From positions 1 to 52,456 of IMG/VR virus record IMGVR_UViG_3300034082_002361: a stretch of 52,456 nt of DNA. One strand, given 5' to 3'. The notes beneath the pieces are model-generated. The model was not told where the DNA came from. It saw only the letters and a program-made list of their open reading frames with translations, and did not search any database. Below, piece by piece: positions 29,231-38,466 of this stretch. Source of the stretch: a virus. Lineage: Duplodnaviria; Caudoviricetes. The stretch's first letter is position 1, and every line of letters starts with the position of its first letter. Made by a program: the position numbers and the translations under genes.

Positions 29231-29785
29231 ATGAAACAATATTTCCCAGGAATGGTTAAATTTGTAACAATTGTATTTGGTATGTGGTTGGCCACAAGTG
29301 CCCTAGTAGCAGTTACCAAAAACAAGTTTGAAGGTTTGAAAGCAGAGAAGGCCGAAATGGCCAAAGTAAAAATGGTAACAGCCACGGACCGCGAGCGTCA
29401 GTTACGTTGCCTGACTCAAAACATCTATTGGGAAGCTGCCAGTGAACCGTTTGAAGGCAAAGTGGCTGTGGCACAGGTGACCATGAACCGTGCTGCCAGC
29501 GGGCAATTCCCAGGCGACGTTTGTGCAGTAGTTTATCAAAAGAATGTTATCTACTCACGTGTGGTCTGTCAGTTCTCGTGGTACTGTGATGGTACCCATA
29601 GAGTGAAACCTGTTTACCAACCCTTGTATCGCGAAAGCGAAGAAGTTGCCAAGAAAGTTCTATTGGAGAATTTTCGTTTACCCAGCCTCAAAAATGCCAT
29701 GTATTATCATGCTGACTATGTCAAGCCCGGATGGGGCAAGACGCCAATTGCCAAAATTGGCCACCATATATTTTATGGTAGTTAG
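29231..29785 (+). CDS. SleB/CwlJ-like cell wall hydrolase with N-terminal membrane anchor
   Basis: CLTQNIYWEA, AVAQVTMNR, CQFSW, YYHADYV, IGHHIFY; SD AAGGAGG. Confidence 0.9.
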   Translation: MKQYFPGMVKFVTIVFGMWLATSALVAVTKNKFEGLKAEKAEMAKVKMVTATDRERQLRCLTQNIYWEAASEPFEGKVAVAQVTMNRAASGQFPGDVCAVVYQKNVIYSRVVCQFSWYCDGTHRVKPVYQPLYRESEEVAKKVLLENFRLPSLKNAMYYHADYVKPGWGKTPIAKIGHHIFYGS

Positions 29786-30165
29786 TGGAAAAATTAATGC
29801 CAATTTTAACTTCAACACCTAAACTTAAAACGCTAAAAATGCAAACTTCAAACAAAATTGATTTCGATAAAATTAGAACCGGAGTGGTAGATTTTTTTAC
29901 CACGCACTTCGGCAAAATTTCAGCTGACACAATGGGTTGGCTTGCAGCAATTGCTTTACATGCTGCAACCATTCCCACCTTGTTGGCCTTGCTAACAGGC
30001 ATGACCGACAGCACCCCCAGTGTGGACGTTGTGTTGTTCATGTGGTTGGGTCTGGTATTTTTATTTGGTCGCGCCGTAATCCTCAAAGACCTGCTGAACG
30101 TTGTTACCATTGGTCTTGGCTTTGTTATTCAGGCTGTGCTGATGGCACTGATCCTGTTTAAGTAA
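29785..30165 (+). CDS. Small 3-TM membrane protein (start may be ATG 29797 or 29839)
   Basis: Three hydrophobic segments; directly follows the hydrolase. Confidence 0.65.
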   Translation: MEKLMPILTSTPKLKTLKMQTSNKIDFDKIRTGVVDFFTTHFGKISADTMGWLAAIALHAATIPTLLALLTGMTDSTPSVDVVLFMWLGLVFLFGRAVILKDLLNVVTIGLGFVIQAVLMALILFK

Positions 30166-30188
30166 ATACTGTATTAACGGGAGTAGCA

Positions 30189-30410
30189 ATGAGTAAACGT
30201 GTTGAAATTGAAATAGAAGATACCGAAGCAGATTACCAAGACATCGGTGACGATGATTATGGCTTTGTATTTGATCCCGACGGAAACTTAAAATATGCTT
30301 TTATCCCAACAATACTGCCAAACAAACCACCAAAGACTATTCAAAAAATAATGAAAGTACTAGGGGTAGTTGATTTACAACAGTTCGATGATGATATCAC
30401 ATTACATTAA
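30189..30410 (+). CDS. Small acidic hypothetical protein
   Basis: GGAG SD; TAAATA at 30163. Confidence 0.7.
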   Translation: MSKRVEIEIEDTEADYQDIGDDDYGFVFDPDGNLKYAFIPTILPNKPPKTIQKIMKVLGVVDLQQFDDDITLH

Positions 30411-31181
30411 CCTGTTAAAAACAGGAACAGTGGTTAAATCAAATTGTGTAAAATCTGGATCAACGATTTGATTTCTATAACTTTCGTAATTGTTTATAAT
30501 ATGGCCTATTAATTTGGCAAAAGATTCGTTGTTATGATCGTTTAGGTGACCCGACCGGTTACATAAAATAGGCATAGCACCCGGGCTTCCTGTTTCTAGA
30601 TTACTTAACATCTCAAAACTAAAATTAAGCAGTACACCATTGGTAAAATGTTTCAAGGATAGATTCCGAGCAAACTCAGTACATGGTAAAAAGATAAATT
30701 TAGTATCAGGGTACTGATCAGCTAAGGCCAGGATGTATTTGAGACTCAGTTCATAGTAGAATTGTTGCTCATCTTCTTGACAAAAGTACTTGTAATATAA
30801 ATCTATACCAAAGCTGATCTCATCAAAGTCAACGTCGGGATCCGCAGAATCAGGCATAGGCCGACGCTCGGCTTTGGCTAGAAAAACAGGTTGAAAATTC
30901 TGATGTGGTGTGTACAATCTTTCATACCACGAAAATGTAAAAATAACAACATCGTATGGATTTTGTTTAAATTTTTCTAGATCTTTCTTCCAGGTTGCAA
31001 TGGCATAAAACAAAGAAGATCCACCTAGCCCAGAACTTAATATCTCAGAATCAAAATCGTCAATTATTCTCGCAGCCCAAGTTTTTAATTCTCTAGGAAA
31101 GGCCAAAGGGGTAGCAAGATAATAATCATCATCAAACCATTGCAAATCACAATAGCTGTCGCCGTAGAAACCAATTCTCAT
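30402..31181 (-). CDS. SGNH-like protein
   Basis: IGFYGDSY, GLGGSS, C-terminal GHL; minus-strand TAAATA at 31210-31205. Confidence 0.6.
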   Translation of the reverse strand: MRIGFYGDSYCDLQWFDDDYYLATPLAFPRELKTWAARIIDDFDSEILSSGLGGSSLFYAIATWKKDLEKFKQNPYDVVIFTFSWYERLYTPHQNFQPVFLAKAERRPMPDSADPDVDFDEISFGIDLYYKYFCQEDEQQFYYELSLKYILALADQYPDTKFIFLPCTEFARNLSLKHFTNGVLLNFSFEMLSNLETGSPGAMPILCNRSGHLNDHNNESFAKLIGHIINNYESYRNQIVDPDFTQFDLTTVPVFNRLM

Positions 31182-31243
31182 AAATATCCTATATCAAGTA
31201 GTGTTATTTACTTAAATAAAAAATCAACTTAATATTTCATATT

Positions 31244-32542
31244 ATGATTATTCCATACTCTAATACGTTTGATAAAACTACGGACAGGCACAAATGGGCA
31301 AATGATAACCAACATATTTGTTTATTGCCGTATACCAGCCTGCAATATTTTCATTCATCAAAAACAGTGAGTCCGTGTTGCAACCTAGAAAAACCCAAGT
31401 TGGGGGATTTTTTAACACCCATACACAAACTTAAACAAGCAATAGAATCTGGCAACACTTACGACAATTGTAAAGCTTGTTATCAATGTGAAGATGCAGG
31501 CAAGATCAGCGAAAGAACTAGGTATTTGATTGAATTAAACGACCAGCAGCTGGATAACTTAATTCATAAACAGAAAATTGATCAGGAATTCCATATTCAT
31601 TGTACATTGTCAAATCTTTGTAATATGGCCTGCCGTAGTTGTAATTCTACCACCAGTAGTTTATTTTCCAAAATTGACATTGGTTACGAAATATTAGTAG
31701 ATACCATGTCTGATAATACAGCGTATTGGCAATCCCTTCTTGACAGCATTTCTCGAGAAACCCAAATTCACGACTCTGTAAATCTAGTTATATCAGGTGG
31801 CGAAGGAATGGTACAATCTGATTTTCATAAAATTGTATCTTGGTTGATTGGGACTGGCATTAGCAAGCAGATTACCTTGACAATTAATACCAATGGATCA
31901 ATTGACGATGATCGGTTGTTTACGGATCTCTGCAGCAATTTTAAAAGAGTGTCGTTGGCTATCAGCGTTGACAGCATATATGAAAATTATCATTATGTAA
32001 GGTGGCCTGCAAACTGGAACAAAATTCATAAAAATTTAAATTCTTTTGTGAGATATCAAAAGACTTTTGAAAATTTTAATTTTTTTCTAACACCAGTTTG
32101 GTCAATTAATAATATTTTTTATTTGCCAGCCTGGGTAAAGTTTTTTGAATCTTTTGCTGCCGAGCACAAAATAGACATCACCGCATACGATACGCCACTG
32201 TGGCAACCTGAGTGGCTAGATGTTCAAAATTTGCCAGTGTACATTAAACACATTCTACTAGAAAAAATTTCTCTAGTATTATCTAATCAATGGCTAATGC
32301 AGAACAAAACCTTTCACGCCAATATCACAAATCTAGTAAACTTATGTATGCAACCAACTACCAATCAATCACTGGTACATTGGAAGGAATATCTGACCTA
32401 TAGTGCCAAATGGGATGTGCGTACCAATACCAATCTAGCAGAGCACAATGTGTTATTATATAATATTATGAATCAACAAGATAAAGATTTATTTCTATCG
32501 CTCAAAAATCATGCCAAGTCAAGATACGCATTTGTTAGTTAA
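31244..32542 (+). CDS. Radical SAM protein with N-terminal Cys-rich domain
   Basis: CNMACRSC, SGGEG, NTNG, SVDS..YVRWP; same architecture as 18174-19358. Confidence 0.9.
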   Translation: MIIPYSNTFDKTTDRHKWANDNQHICLLPYTSLQYFHSSKTVSPCCNLEKPKLGDFLTPIHKLKQAIESGNTYDNCKACYQCEDAGKISERTRYLIELNDQQLDNLIHKQKIDQEFHIHCTLSNLCNMACRSCNSTTSSLFSKIDIGYEILVDTMSDNTAYWQSLLDSISRETQIHDSVNLVISGGEGMVQSDFHKIVSWLIGTGISKQITLTINTNGSIDDDRLFTDLCSNFKRVSLAISVDSIYENYHYVRWPANWNKIHKNLNSFVRYQKTFENFNFFLTPVWSINNIFYLPAWVKFFESFAAEHKIDITAYDTPLWQPEWLDVQNLPVYIKHILLEKISLVLSNQWLMQNKTFHANITNLVNLCMQPTTNQSLVHWKEYLTYSAKWDVRTNTNLAEHNVLLYNIMNQQDKDLFLSLKNHAKSRYAFVS

Positions 32543-34550
32543 ACCAGGATCCGTGTCCTTGCCAAACTAGATCAATGTTGTAGTCTGATCTGACATCGGA
32601 CTCTGGCCACCACGGTGCATGTGGGTTGTCTGGGCAGGTAAATTTTACTACACAATTGGCTGTCCATTGCCCGTCATTGTTAATTTTAAAATTATATGTG
32701 GCGGCAAATTGATCAGCCAACCTATTTCCGTATTCGTTTAGGTCCCATTCGGGATCAAAAGTCACAGTCATTTCCATGGCTTTTTTGGCTCTGGATCTCC
32801 ATAAAGTACGAATTAATGGCCAAACTTCGTTGACCACAGTCTTAAGAAATACACAATCTAGTGTAGCATCTTTAATGATCTCATAATCAAATTCTTCATA
32901 CGGGATATCTAGATATTGGCCAATGACTGATATATTAGTTTCAAATTTTACATCATAGGTCTTGCTTAACCGAGAATTTTTATCGCCATCAAAATGAAAG
33001 CCCGGCATCTGTTCAATAAAAATATTAAAACTTTTGAATCGTATCAACCTATGAATTTTGGTATTGCCCAGGTCCTTGGTGGCCCAGCCCATGCAGAAAT
33101 ATTTTGGATGTACATTGTAAAAGTCAGGGTCGTCCTGCACTCGTCCAGGACCAATATTCATTGTACCACGGGCCATTGACGTTAGGTTACAGTTTTGTAT
33201 GCGCCAGGCCAGTGTCATTGTTTTGGCAAAGTCCACGGATTCTTCGTTGAGATAGCACAGCATCCAGTTGGTCTGAGCACCAATGTGTACTGACGCACCG
33301 TCGCGCAAGTTCTTTTCCACTTCAGCTATGGTTACGTTTTTACGCATGGCATCAAGCACTCGCTGGCTTCCACTCTCTATTCCGTAGTTCAATGCCATGC
33401 AACCACTGGCAGCCAGATCTTTGTAGTACTCTAGGTCCATGCGCTCGTCGCAGCGAGCATACCCCTCCCACTTGATCTTTAGCCCACGTTCAACCACACC
33501 CAGTGCAAATGCACGAAGTTCGTTGATGTTTCCGTTTACCAAGCTGTCAATAAACCAAAACACGTTGGTGCCATAGGTACGGTATTGATGTTCGACTTCT
33601 TCTAGTATAAACGGCGCCTGTCTACTGCGATACTTCCAGTAGTGTGTTTCCTGACAGAATGTGCATTTGGCCACACAACCACGACTCAGTTCTGAACTGA
33701 TGGCATTGGGTATCATGTAAGCATTGACGTCAAGATCTGAATAGTCCGGAAACGGCAGCTGATCTAGGTTGATCCTTTTTGTTTTGTCTGCGTTGTATTG
33801 ATATTCAGTCAATGGGATTCCATTTTCAATATCGTCTAATAATTGCAGCAGCAATTCCTCACCTTCACCTTTGACCACATGATCAAACTCAGGAAACGGC
33901 TCAGGGTTCCACTGGATATGTGATCCGCCGGCAATAATTTTTGTATTGGGTAAACGTTCTCTAATTTTTCTTGCCAGCCAAAGAGTAGGAAACACGTTGG
34001 TGTAGTACAAACTGAAACCCACAACGTCTGGCTTGAGCTTGATTATTTTTTCAAGGTATTCTTCAAGCACAGGCTCCACATGCCGACTCAGTCTGCGTTC
34101 GTACATGTCGTCAAGCCAAAGATAGTCCCTGGACCCATGTCCTTCATAAGGATCTTCGTCTATTACCTTTTTGAGTTTGTGCCAGGTATCCACGTTCCAA
34201 TCAAACACACTAGTCCGATATCCTGCTGCTCTAGTGACAGCAGCCAATCTTGCAATATTGTACGGAGCAAAGAACACTGCCCATTTGGGCATGAGAATCA
34301 ATGCAATGTGTGTGTGCCGGGTGACATTTTCAATTTTGACCACGGACAAGTTCTTTTGTGCAGCAGGCATGGCATATTTGAGCATGCCTTTGGCAGTGGC
34401 CAGATATTTGTCTTCGGGCATGTCAGGACTGTTAAATTCTTGGTGTAACTCTGCCAACGATTTTGCCATACCGGAATCTACCGGATTGCGCAAGGTTTCT
34501 TGTATGTCTTTGTTTGTACGAATCTGAATAGGAATTATTTTGCCGCTCAT
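32535..34550 (-). CDS. Cobalamin(B12)-binding radical SAM enzyme
   Basis: PDVVGFSLY, IIAGGSH, GEGE, SRGCVAKCTFC, GIESGSQRVLDAMRK. Confidence 0.9.
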   Translation of the reverse strand: MSGKIIPIQIRTNKDIQETLRNPVDSGMAKSLAELHQEFNSPDMPEDKYLATAKGMLKYAMPAAQKNLSVVKIENVTRHTHIALILMPKWAVFFAPYNIARLAAVTRAAGYRTSVFDWNVDTWHKLKKVIDEDPYEGHGSRDYLWLDDMYERRLSRHVEPVLEEYLEKIIKLKPDVVGFSLYYTNVFPTLWLARKIRERLPNTKIIAGGSHIQWNPEPFPEFDHVVKGEGEELLLQLLDDIENGIPLTEYQYNADKTKRINLDQLPFPDYSDLDVNAYMIPNAISSELSRGCVAKCTFCQETHYWKYRSRQAPFILEEVEHQYRTYGTNVFWFIDSLVNGNINELRAFALGVVERGLKIKWEGYARCDERMDLEYYKDLAASGCMALNYGIESGSQRVLDAMRKNVTIAEVEKNLRDGASVHIGAQTNWMLCYLNEESVDFAKTMTLAWRIQNCNLTSMARGTMNIGPGRVQDDPDFYNVHPKYFCMGWATKDLGNTKIHRLIRFKSFNIFIEQMPGFHFDGDKNSRLSKTYDVKFETNISVIGQYLDIPYEEFDYEIIKDATLDCVFLKTVVNEVWPLIRTLWRSRAKKAMEMTVTFDPEWDLNEYGNRLADQFAATYNFKINNDGQWTANCVVKFTCPDNPHAPWWPESDVRSDYNIDLVWQGHGSWFN

Positions 34551-34576
34551 GCTGTTATTTAAGCAATATTCTCTGG

Positions 34577-34605
34577 TTGACTCAAAATGCTTATTTTGCT
34601 ACACT
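34577..34605 (+). promoter_or_regulatory. sigma70-type early promoter (probably leaderless)
   Basis: TTGACT-17 nt-TACACT; ATG 6 nt downstream. Confidence 0.75.
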
Positions 34606-34611
34606 TAGAGC

Positions 34612-34842
34612 ATGAAAAAACCCATGGTATTCTATCTCAAATGGCTTGCTACATTAGTAACCGCCGCTGGCGCTGTTTGCACCAGCATCAACATGTATCC
34701 TGAAGGGCCTGCCTTGCTGAATCTGGGGTCTTTTATCTGGCTGATTGTGTCCATTATTTGGCGTGAATGGAGTCTGATTGCAATTAATGCAATATTGCTG
34801 CTGATCTATTCTGTGGGATTGATTGTTAAATTAGCAACATAA
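34612..34842 (+). CDS. Small membrane protein
   Basis: 76 aa, three hydrophobic segments. Confidence 0.7.
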   Translation: MKKPMVFYLKWLATLVTAAGAVCTSINMYPEGPALLNLGSFIWLIVSIIWREWSLIAINAILLLIYSVGLIVKLAT

Positions 34843-34848
34843 AAACGG

Positions 34849-34877
34849 TAGACCAAAAATCGCCATTTTGCTATAAT
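34849..34877 (+). promoter_or_regulatory. sigma70-type early promoter
   Basis: TAGACC-17 nt-TATAAT; spacer AAAA...TTTTGC resembles the 34577 promoter. Confidence 0.75.
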
Positions 34878-34909
34878 GTATGTACAGTAAATAACAAGGA
34901 GCGTAACAA

Positions 34910-35161
34910 ATGACAGAATTCGAAAAAAACTGCTACGGTATGTCCGCAGACGCAATTCGTGAGCAGTACATGAACTGCTTCACAGCAAAGTTCACTGGTA
35001 TGGAGATGGTAGTGATGGGGATTCTGAGTGATTGTCAGGAAATGATATCCATGAATAACCCCAGCATCCCTTCACCCAACTCCAATGAGTATGTGCGTAA
35101 GCAGATGAACATTGCCAAGTTCATCCTGTCGGACATGATGGAAGCTCGGGAGGCAGCGTAA
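34910..35161 (+). CDS. Small early hypothetical protein
   Basis: AAGGAG SD; first gene of a coupled small-ORF operon. Confidence 0.75.
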   Translation: MTEFEKNCYGMSADAIREQYMNCFTAKFTGMEMVVMGILSDCQEMISMNNPSIPSPNSNEYVRKQMNIAKFILSDMMEAREAA

Positions 35162-35313
35162 TGGAAGATCAAACTTTAATTGATTGCCTGTACGAAGAAC
35201 TCGTCATGTTGGACGAGCAGGCTGGTTGCTTTGACGAAGTAACTAACCGTTTCATTGATGAGCAGCGTCGTAAACTTTTTAACCAGCTCGTAGAGCTAGA
35301 GGCAGCGCAATGA
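35161..35313 (+). CDS. 50-aa acidic protein (not in ORF track)
   Basis: MEDQTLIDCLYEELVMLDEQAGCFDEVTNRFIDEQRRKLFNQLVELEAAQ; TAATG and ATGA coupling at its two ends, GGAGG SD. Confidence 0.75.
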   Translation: MEDQTLIDCLYEELVMLDEQAGCFDEVTNRFIDEQRRKLFNQLVELEAAQ

Positions 35314-35492
35314 GTATTCAATATATCGCAGATGGTTACAACAAAGACAACCAGCGTGTGGTTCTTTGGAGAACTGGCAACTATCAATATCAGTTGGAAT
35401 CAGCAGGTACAAACTACGATTTTGAAGCAGAGTATTACGATGCCGTTGCTTTTTTTGAAAAACATGTTGTACAAATTACGGAGACAGCATAA
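35310..35492 (+). CDS. Small hypothetical protein
   Basis: 60 aa, coupled, GAGG SD. Confidence 0.7.
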   Translation: MSIQYIADGYNKDNQRVVLWRTGNYQYQLESAGTNYDFEAEYYDAVAFFEKHVVQITETA

Positions 35493-35653
35493 TGAGCCAG
35501 TTTAAAGAATTGTTCACTGAAATCAGTTGCATGGATTTCAACGGATACACAGTAGAGCAAATTGCAGACATGGTTGGACTCAGCCCATATCAGGTTGAAG
35601 CAGTACTTAACCAACTACCGTTTGCAGTTAACCAAGAAGCAGTAAATATCTAA
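35492..35653 (+). CDS. 53-aa helix-turn-helix-like protein (not in ORF track)
   Basis: MSQFKELFTEISCMDFNGYTVEQIADMVGLSPYQVEAVLNQLPFAVNQEAVNI; GGAG SD, TAATG-coupled. Confidence 0.7.
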   Translation: MSQFKELFTEISCMDFNGYTVEQIADMVGLSPYQVEAVLNQLPFAVNQEAVNI

Positions 35654-35675
35654 TTACGTTTAAGGAAATAGATCA

Positions 35676-35999
35676 GTGACTCCCAAACAAGAATTTATGT
35701 GGGACCATTTATGTAATAACTATCCCAAACTAACACACAAAATGGCTACTGAAATTGCTCAGTCTGATAAACGTTGGTTGCATAGGAAAGCTAATAAATT
35801 TCTAGCAGTAGTTAATACTTGGCCTATACAAGATGCTGTTGGTGCCGTGGCCACTTGGTTAACAATTTATAATATTCCACTTGTTCCAAGAAAATTATCA
35901 AATTTTGATGCATTTCACGAACGTTGTGGCGCTTATATTCATACGTGTAAAAACATAAAAAAATTTCCCATTATTACCGTTAACAAAGAAACGGCATAA
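35676..35999 (+). CDS. Hypothetical protein
   Basis: GTG start after AAGGA. Confidence 0.65.
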   Translation: MTPKQEFMWDHLCNNYPKLTHKMATEIAQSDKRWLHRKANKFLAVVNTWPIQDAVGAVATWLTIYNIPLVPRKLSNFDAFHERCGAYIHTCKNIKKFPIITVNKETA

Positions 36000-36007
36000 C
36001 TATTATT

Positions 36008-36157
36008 ATGAAAACGGTAAAACCTATTTTGGTACAGCGCACCCGAGCACATCGTGTGTTGTTTGAAACTGGAAGTCCGTTTCGGAGTCGTACAGTGCAA
36101 AACAAAACACGTTATCAGCGTAACCCCAAACACAAGGATCAACGGCATGACACCTGA
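36008..36157 (+). CDS. 49-aa basic ArfA-like protein (not in ORF track)
   Basis: MKTVKPILVQRTRAHRVLFETGSPFRSRTVQNKTRYQRNPKHKDQRHDT; FRxR...NK...YxRxxKH pattern of ArfA. Confidence 0.55.
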   Translation: MKTVKPILVQRTRAHRVLFETGSPFRSRTVQNKTRYQRNPKHKDQRHDT

Positions 36158-36326
36158 CTACAGACCACGTAATTCTGTACCCATGAGTTTTAACCGCAAA
36201 CGCCAAATCATTGGCAACATTGTAGAAGATTTACACGATCAATATTTTGACATGATCGAACGAGCATTGGCGCATAGCGACATGCAGCATGCCAAAGATG
36301 TGATCATGCATGTGAAGGCCTTGTGA
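36147..36326 (+). CDS. Small hypothetical protein
   Basis: ATG 36147 after AAGGA (MTPDYRPRNS); preferred to the track start 36054. Confidence 0.65.
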   Translation: MTPDYRPRNSVPMSFNRKRQIIGNIVEDLHDQYFDMIERALAHSDMQHAKDVIMHVKAL

Positions 36327-36619
36327 TGAACATTGAACAAACTGTAGAAGCAATTCTAGAAGAACGCATAAGTGTTGATCAGCTGGATGCAGAAACCATG
36401 GAAGAAGTGGTAGAATACTTGGCCGAAGCAGCAGATGCCATGCTTGATGGCCCGCATGACGATGCTGCTCGTGCCATGTTGGATATTTTGGATCTGATCG
36501 GCGATGAAGCCGAGCATCGTATCATTGCCATGGACACCGCAGATTTTGAATTTGAAATTGAAGCCAGCGTCGAGCGTGGTAACACCTATTTTGAATTGGC
36601 AGAATACGTGGTACAATAA
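36323..36619 (+). CDS. Very acidic small protein
   Basis: 98 aa, D/E-rich, coupled. Confidence 0.7.
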   Translation: MMNIEQTVEAILEERISVDQLDAETMEEVVEYLAEAADAMLDGPHDDAARAMLDILDLIGDEAEHRIIAMDTADFEFEIEASVERGNTYFELAEYVVQ

Positions 36620-36642
36620 ATTTGTGTGCAAGGTAGTACTCT

Positions 36643-36668
36643 AAACCCGCCTCAGCGGGTTTCTTTTT
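36643..36668 (+). terminator. Rho-independent terminator ending the early small-gene operon
   Basis: AAACCCGC-CTCA-GCGGGTTT followed by CTTTTT. Confidence 0.9.
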
Positions 36669-36681
36669 GCTAAATACTCGT

Positions 36682-36975
36682 ATGAAGATCACAGATATTA
36701 TCCGCAGCGTACTGGACATTGTTGACGGGGCACAAGCACCTGCAGAGCCCGTGGTTGCTATCAAAATCACTGCCGAGCCCGAAGCCGACCTAATGGACAT
36801 GCAACGTCTTGCTGGCATACTGGCAGACCCAGAATACGCAAATGAACCCAATACAGTTGTTGCTCCAGTTGCAGCAGCATTTCCTGCAGGTGATGATGTA
36901 CATCACAGTAAGAATCCCGCAGATATTAGAACCAATGCACCCAGCATGTACCCAAGCTGGCAAGCTACCAAATAA
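36682..36975 (+). CDS. Hypothetical late protein (probably leaderless)
   Basis: TAAATA 36671-36676, 5 nt, ATG (MKITDIIRS). Confidence 0.7.
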   Translation: MKITDIIRSVLDIVDGAQAPAEPVVAIKITAEPEADLMDMQRLAGILADPEYANEPNTVVAPVAAAFPAGDDVHHSKNPADIRTNAPSMYPSWQATK

Positions 36976-36984
36976 GGAAAACCA

Positions 36985-37278
36985 ATGAGCCAATATTACA
37001 CAATACAAACAATTGACGGCGCAGATACCGCAAAATATCAAACACTACAAACCACTACTAGTGCTACTGTCAGTTCGGTGTTTACTTCTAGACGCATTTT
37101 AATTACCACAGGCAATCTAGCCCAGAGTGTGCAATTTGGTACAGCACCCAGCGTAACTACCAGCAATGGATTTGTTATACCAAGTAATACCACAATGATC
37201 TTTAATTTCAAAGCTGGTAACAAGGTTGCTGCTGCCAGTACTGCTGCTAGTCAGATGAGCATACTTGATCTAGACTAA
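36985..37278 (+). CDS. Small S/T-rich probable virion protein
   Basis: AAGGA SD; beta-rich composition. Confidence 0.65.
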   Translation: MSQYYTIQTIDGADTAKYQTLQTTTSATVSSVFTSRRILITTGNLAQSVQFGTAPSVTTSNGFVIPSNTTMIFNFKAGNKVAAASTAASQMSILDLD

Positions 37279-37280
37279 GA

Positions 37281-38465
37281 ATGGGATATACCCCACCATC
37301 ACCGGGTAGAGGCGACCGTAGATTAAATACCACCAACTACGATCATCCTCAAGAAACCAATCTCCTTAATATCCATAAGGCCATGGCCTACAATGATGCT
37401 GGAGAGCCTCACGTCCGTGTTAGTCTCGGCAGTGACAACATTACTATTACAGGTGATGTAAATCTACTTGATACGGTCACAGTTACATCAACTCCTGAAG
37501 CTCCTGTCCACACGCATATAACAGAAGTTGGTACCAGCGGCATACTTGCTGTACCTTATGTGCCTATTCAAGGCACAGTCAGCATTGGCTCAGACGGCAC
37601 AGTTAGTTTATCGGCAAACACATTGTCAGCATTGGAAAACACCACTGTTACTATTAGTGGAACTCCTACCGTCAACATCGGCACTATGCCTGAAGTAGAG
37701 ATTAAAAACGACGCAGGCAATCCAATAACAGTTACAGGCAGTGTGACTACTATTGGTGGTAGTGCTCAAGGTAAACTATGGACCATGCAAGTAGCACAGG
37801 GATTGATTGCCGGACATACTGTAGAACAAGTCACAGGATACAATCCTGCTACATCAGCAGGTGATGCTGTATGGTCAGGTGGAACAGCATATCCGTGGAG
37901 TAGTTTTGTCACAGCACAAACTCTGTATCTAAAAAGTTCTACCAACAATGCAACTGACAGAAGTATGCCATTTCTTATTGACGGATTGGATTCTAGCTAT
38001 AATAATCAAACCGAAGTGGTGACACTAAATGCTTCGGACTCAAGAACAGCAGTCGCATCAACCAAACAATTCTTACGTATTCATAACATATCATGTAATA
38101 ACACAGAAACTAACGTGGGTGACATTCTTACAACTGTTACCTCAGGTAGCGGCACATTGGTTTCTAAAATATCAGCAGGTAGAGGCAGTGCTAGAGCAGG
38201 TGTGTATACCATACCCGCAGGTTATACTGGATACTTGTTCAAAGGTGATGCCAGCTCAACAGCGGCTACTGTGGTAAACTTTATGGCTCGTTATTTTGGT
38301 AAAGCATTTATGGTTGTTCACGTGGCCATTGTGGACAACAGCACTTACATCTACGATTTCCCATTCCCGATGCCATTGCCGGCAAAGACTGATGTGTATA
38401 CTACTATAGAAGCAGGGTCAGGTAAAACGGCTGTGAACTACGAGATACTGTTAGTAGCTAACTAA
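37281..38465 (+). CDS. Probable virion structural protein
   Basis: T/V/G/S-rich, YTIPAGYTGYL motif, in late operon. Confidence 0.6.
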   Translation: MGYTPPSPGRGDRRLNTTNYDHPQETNLLNIHKAMAYNDAGEPHVRVSLGSDNITITGDVNLLDTVTVTSTPEAPVHTHITEVGTSGILAVPYVPIQGTVSIGSDGTVSLSANTLSALENTTVTISGTPTVNIGTMPEVEIKNDAGNPITVTGSVTTIGGSAQGKLWTMQVAQGLIAGHTVEQVTGYNPATSAGDAVWSGGTAYPWSSFVTAQTLYLKSSTNNATDRSMPFLIDGLDSSYNNQTEVVTLNASDSRTAVASTKQFLRIHNISCNNTETNVGDILTTVTSGSGTLVSKISAGRGSARAGVYTIPAGYTGYLFKGDASSTAATVVNFMARYFGKAFMVVHVAIVDNSTYIYDFPFPMPLPAKTDVYTTIEAGSGKTAVNYEILLVAN

Positions 38466-38466
38466 T

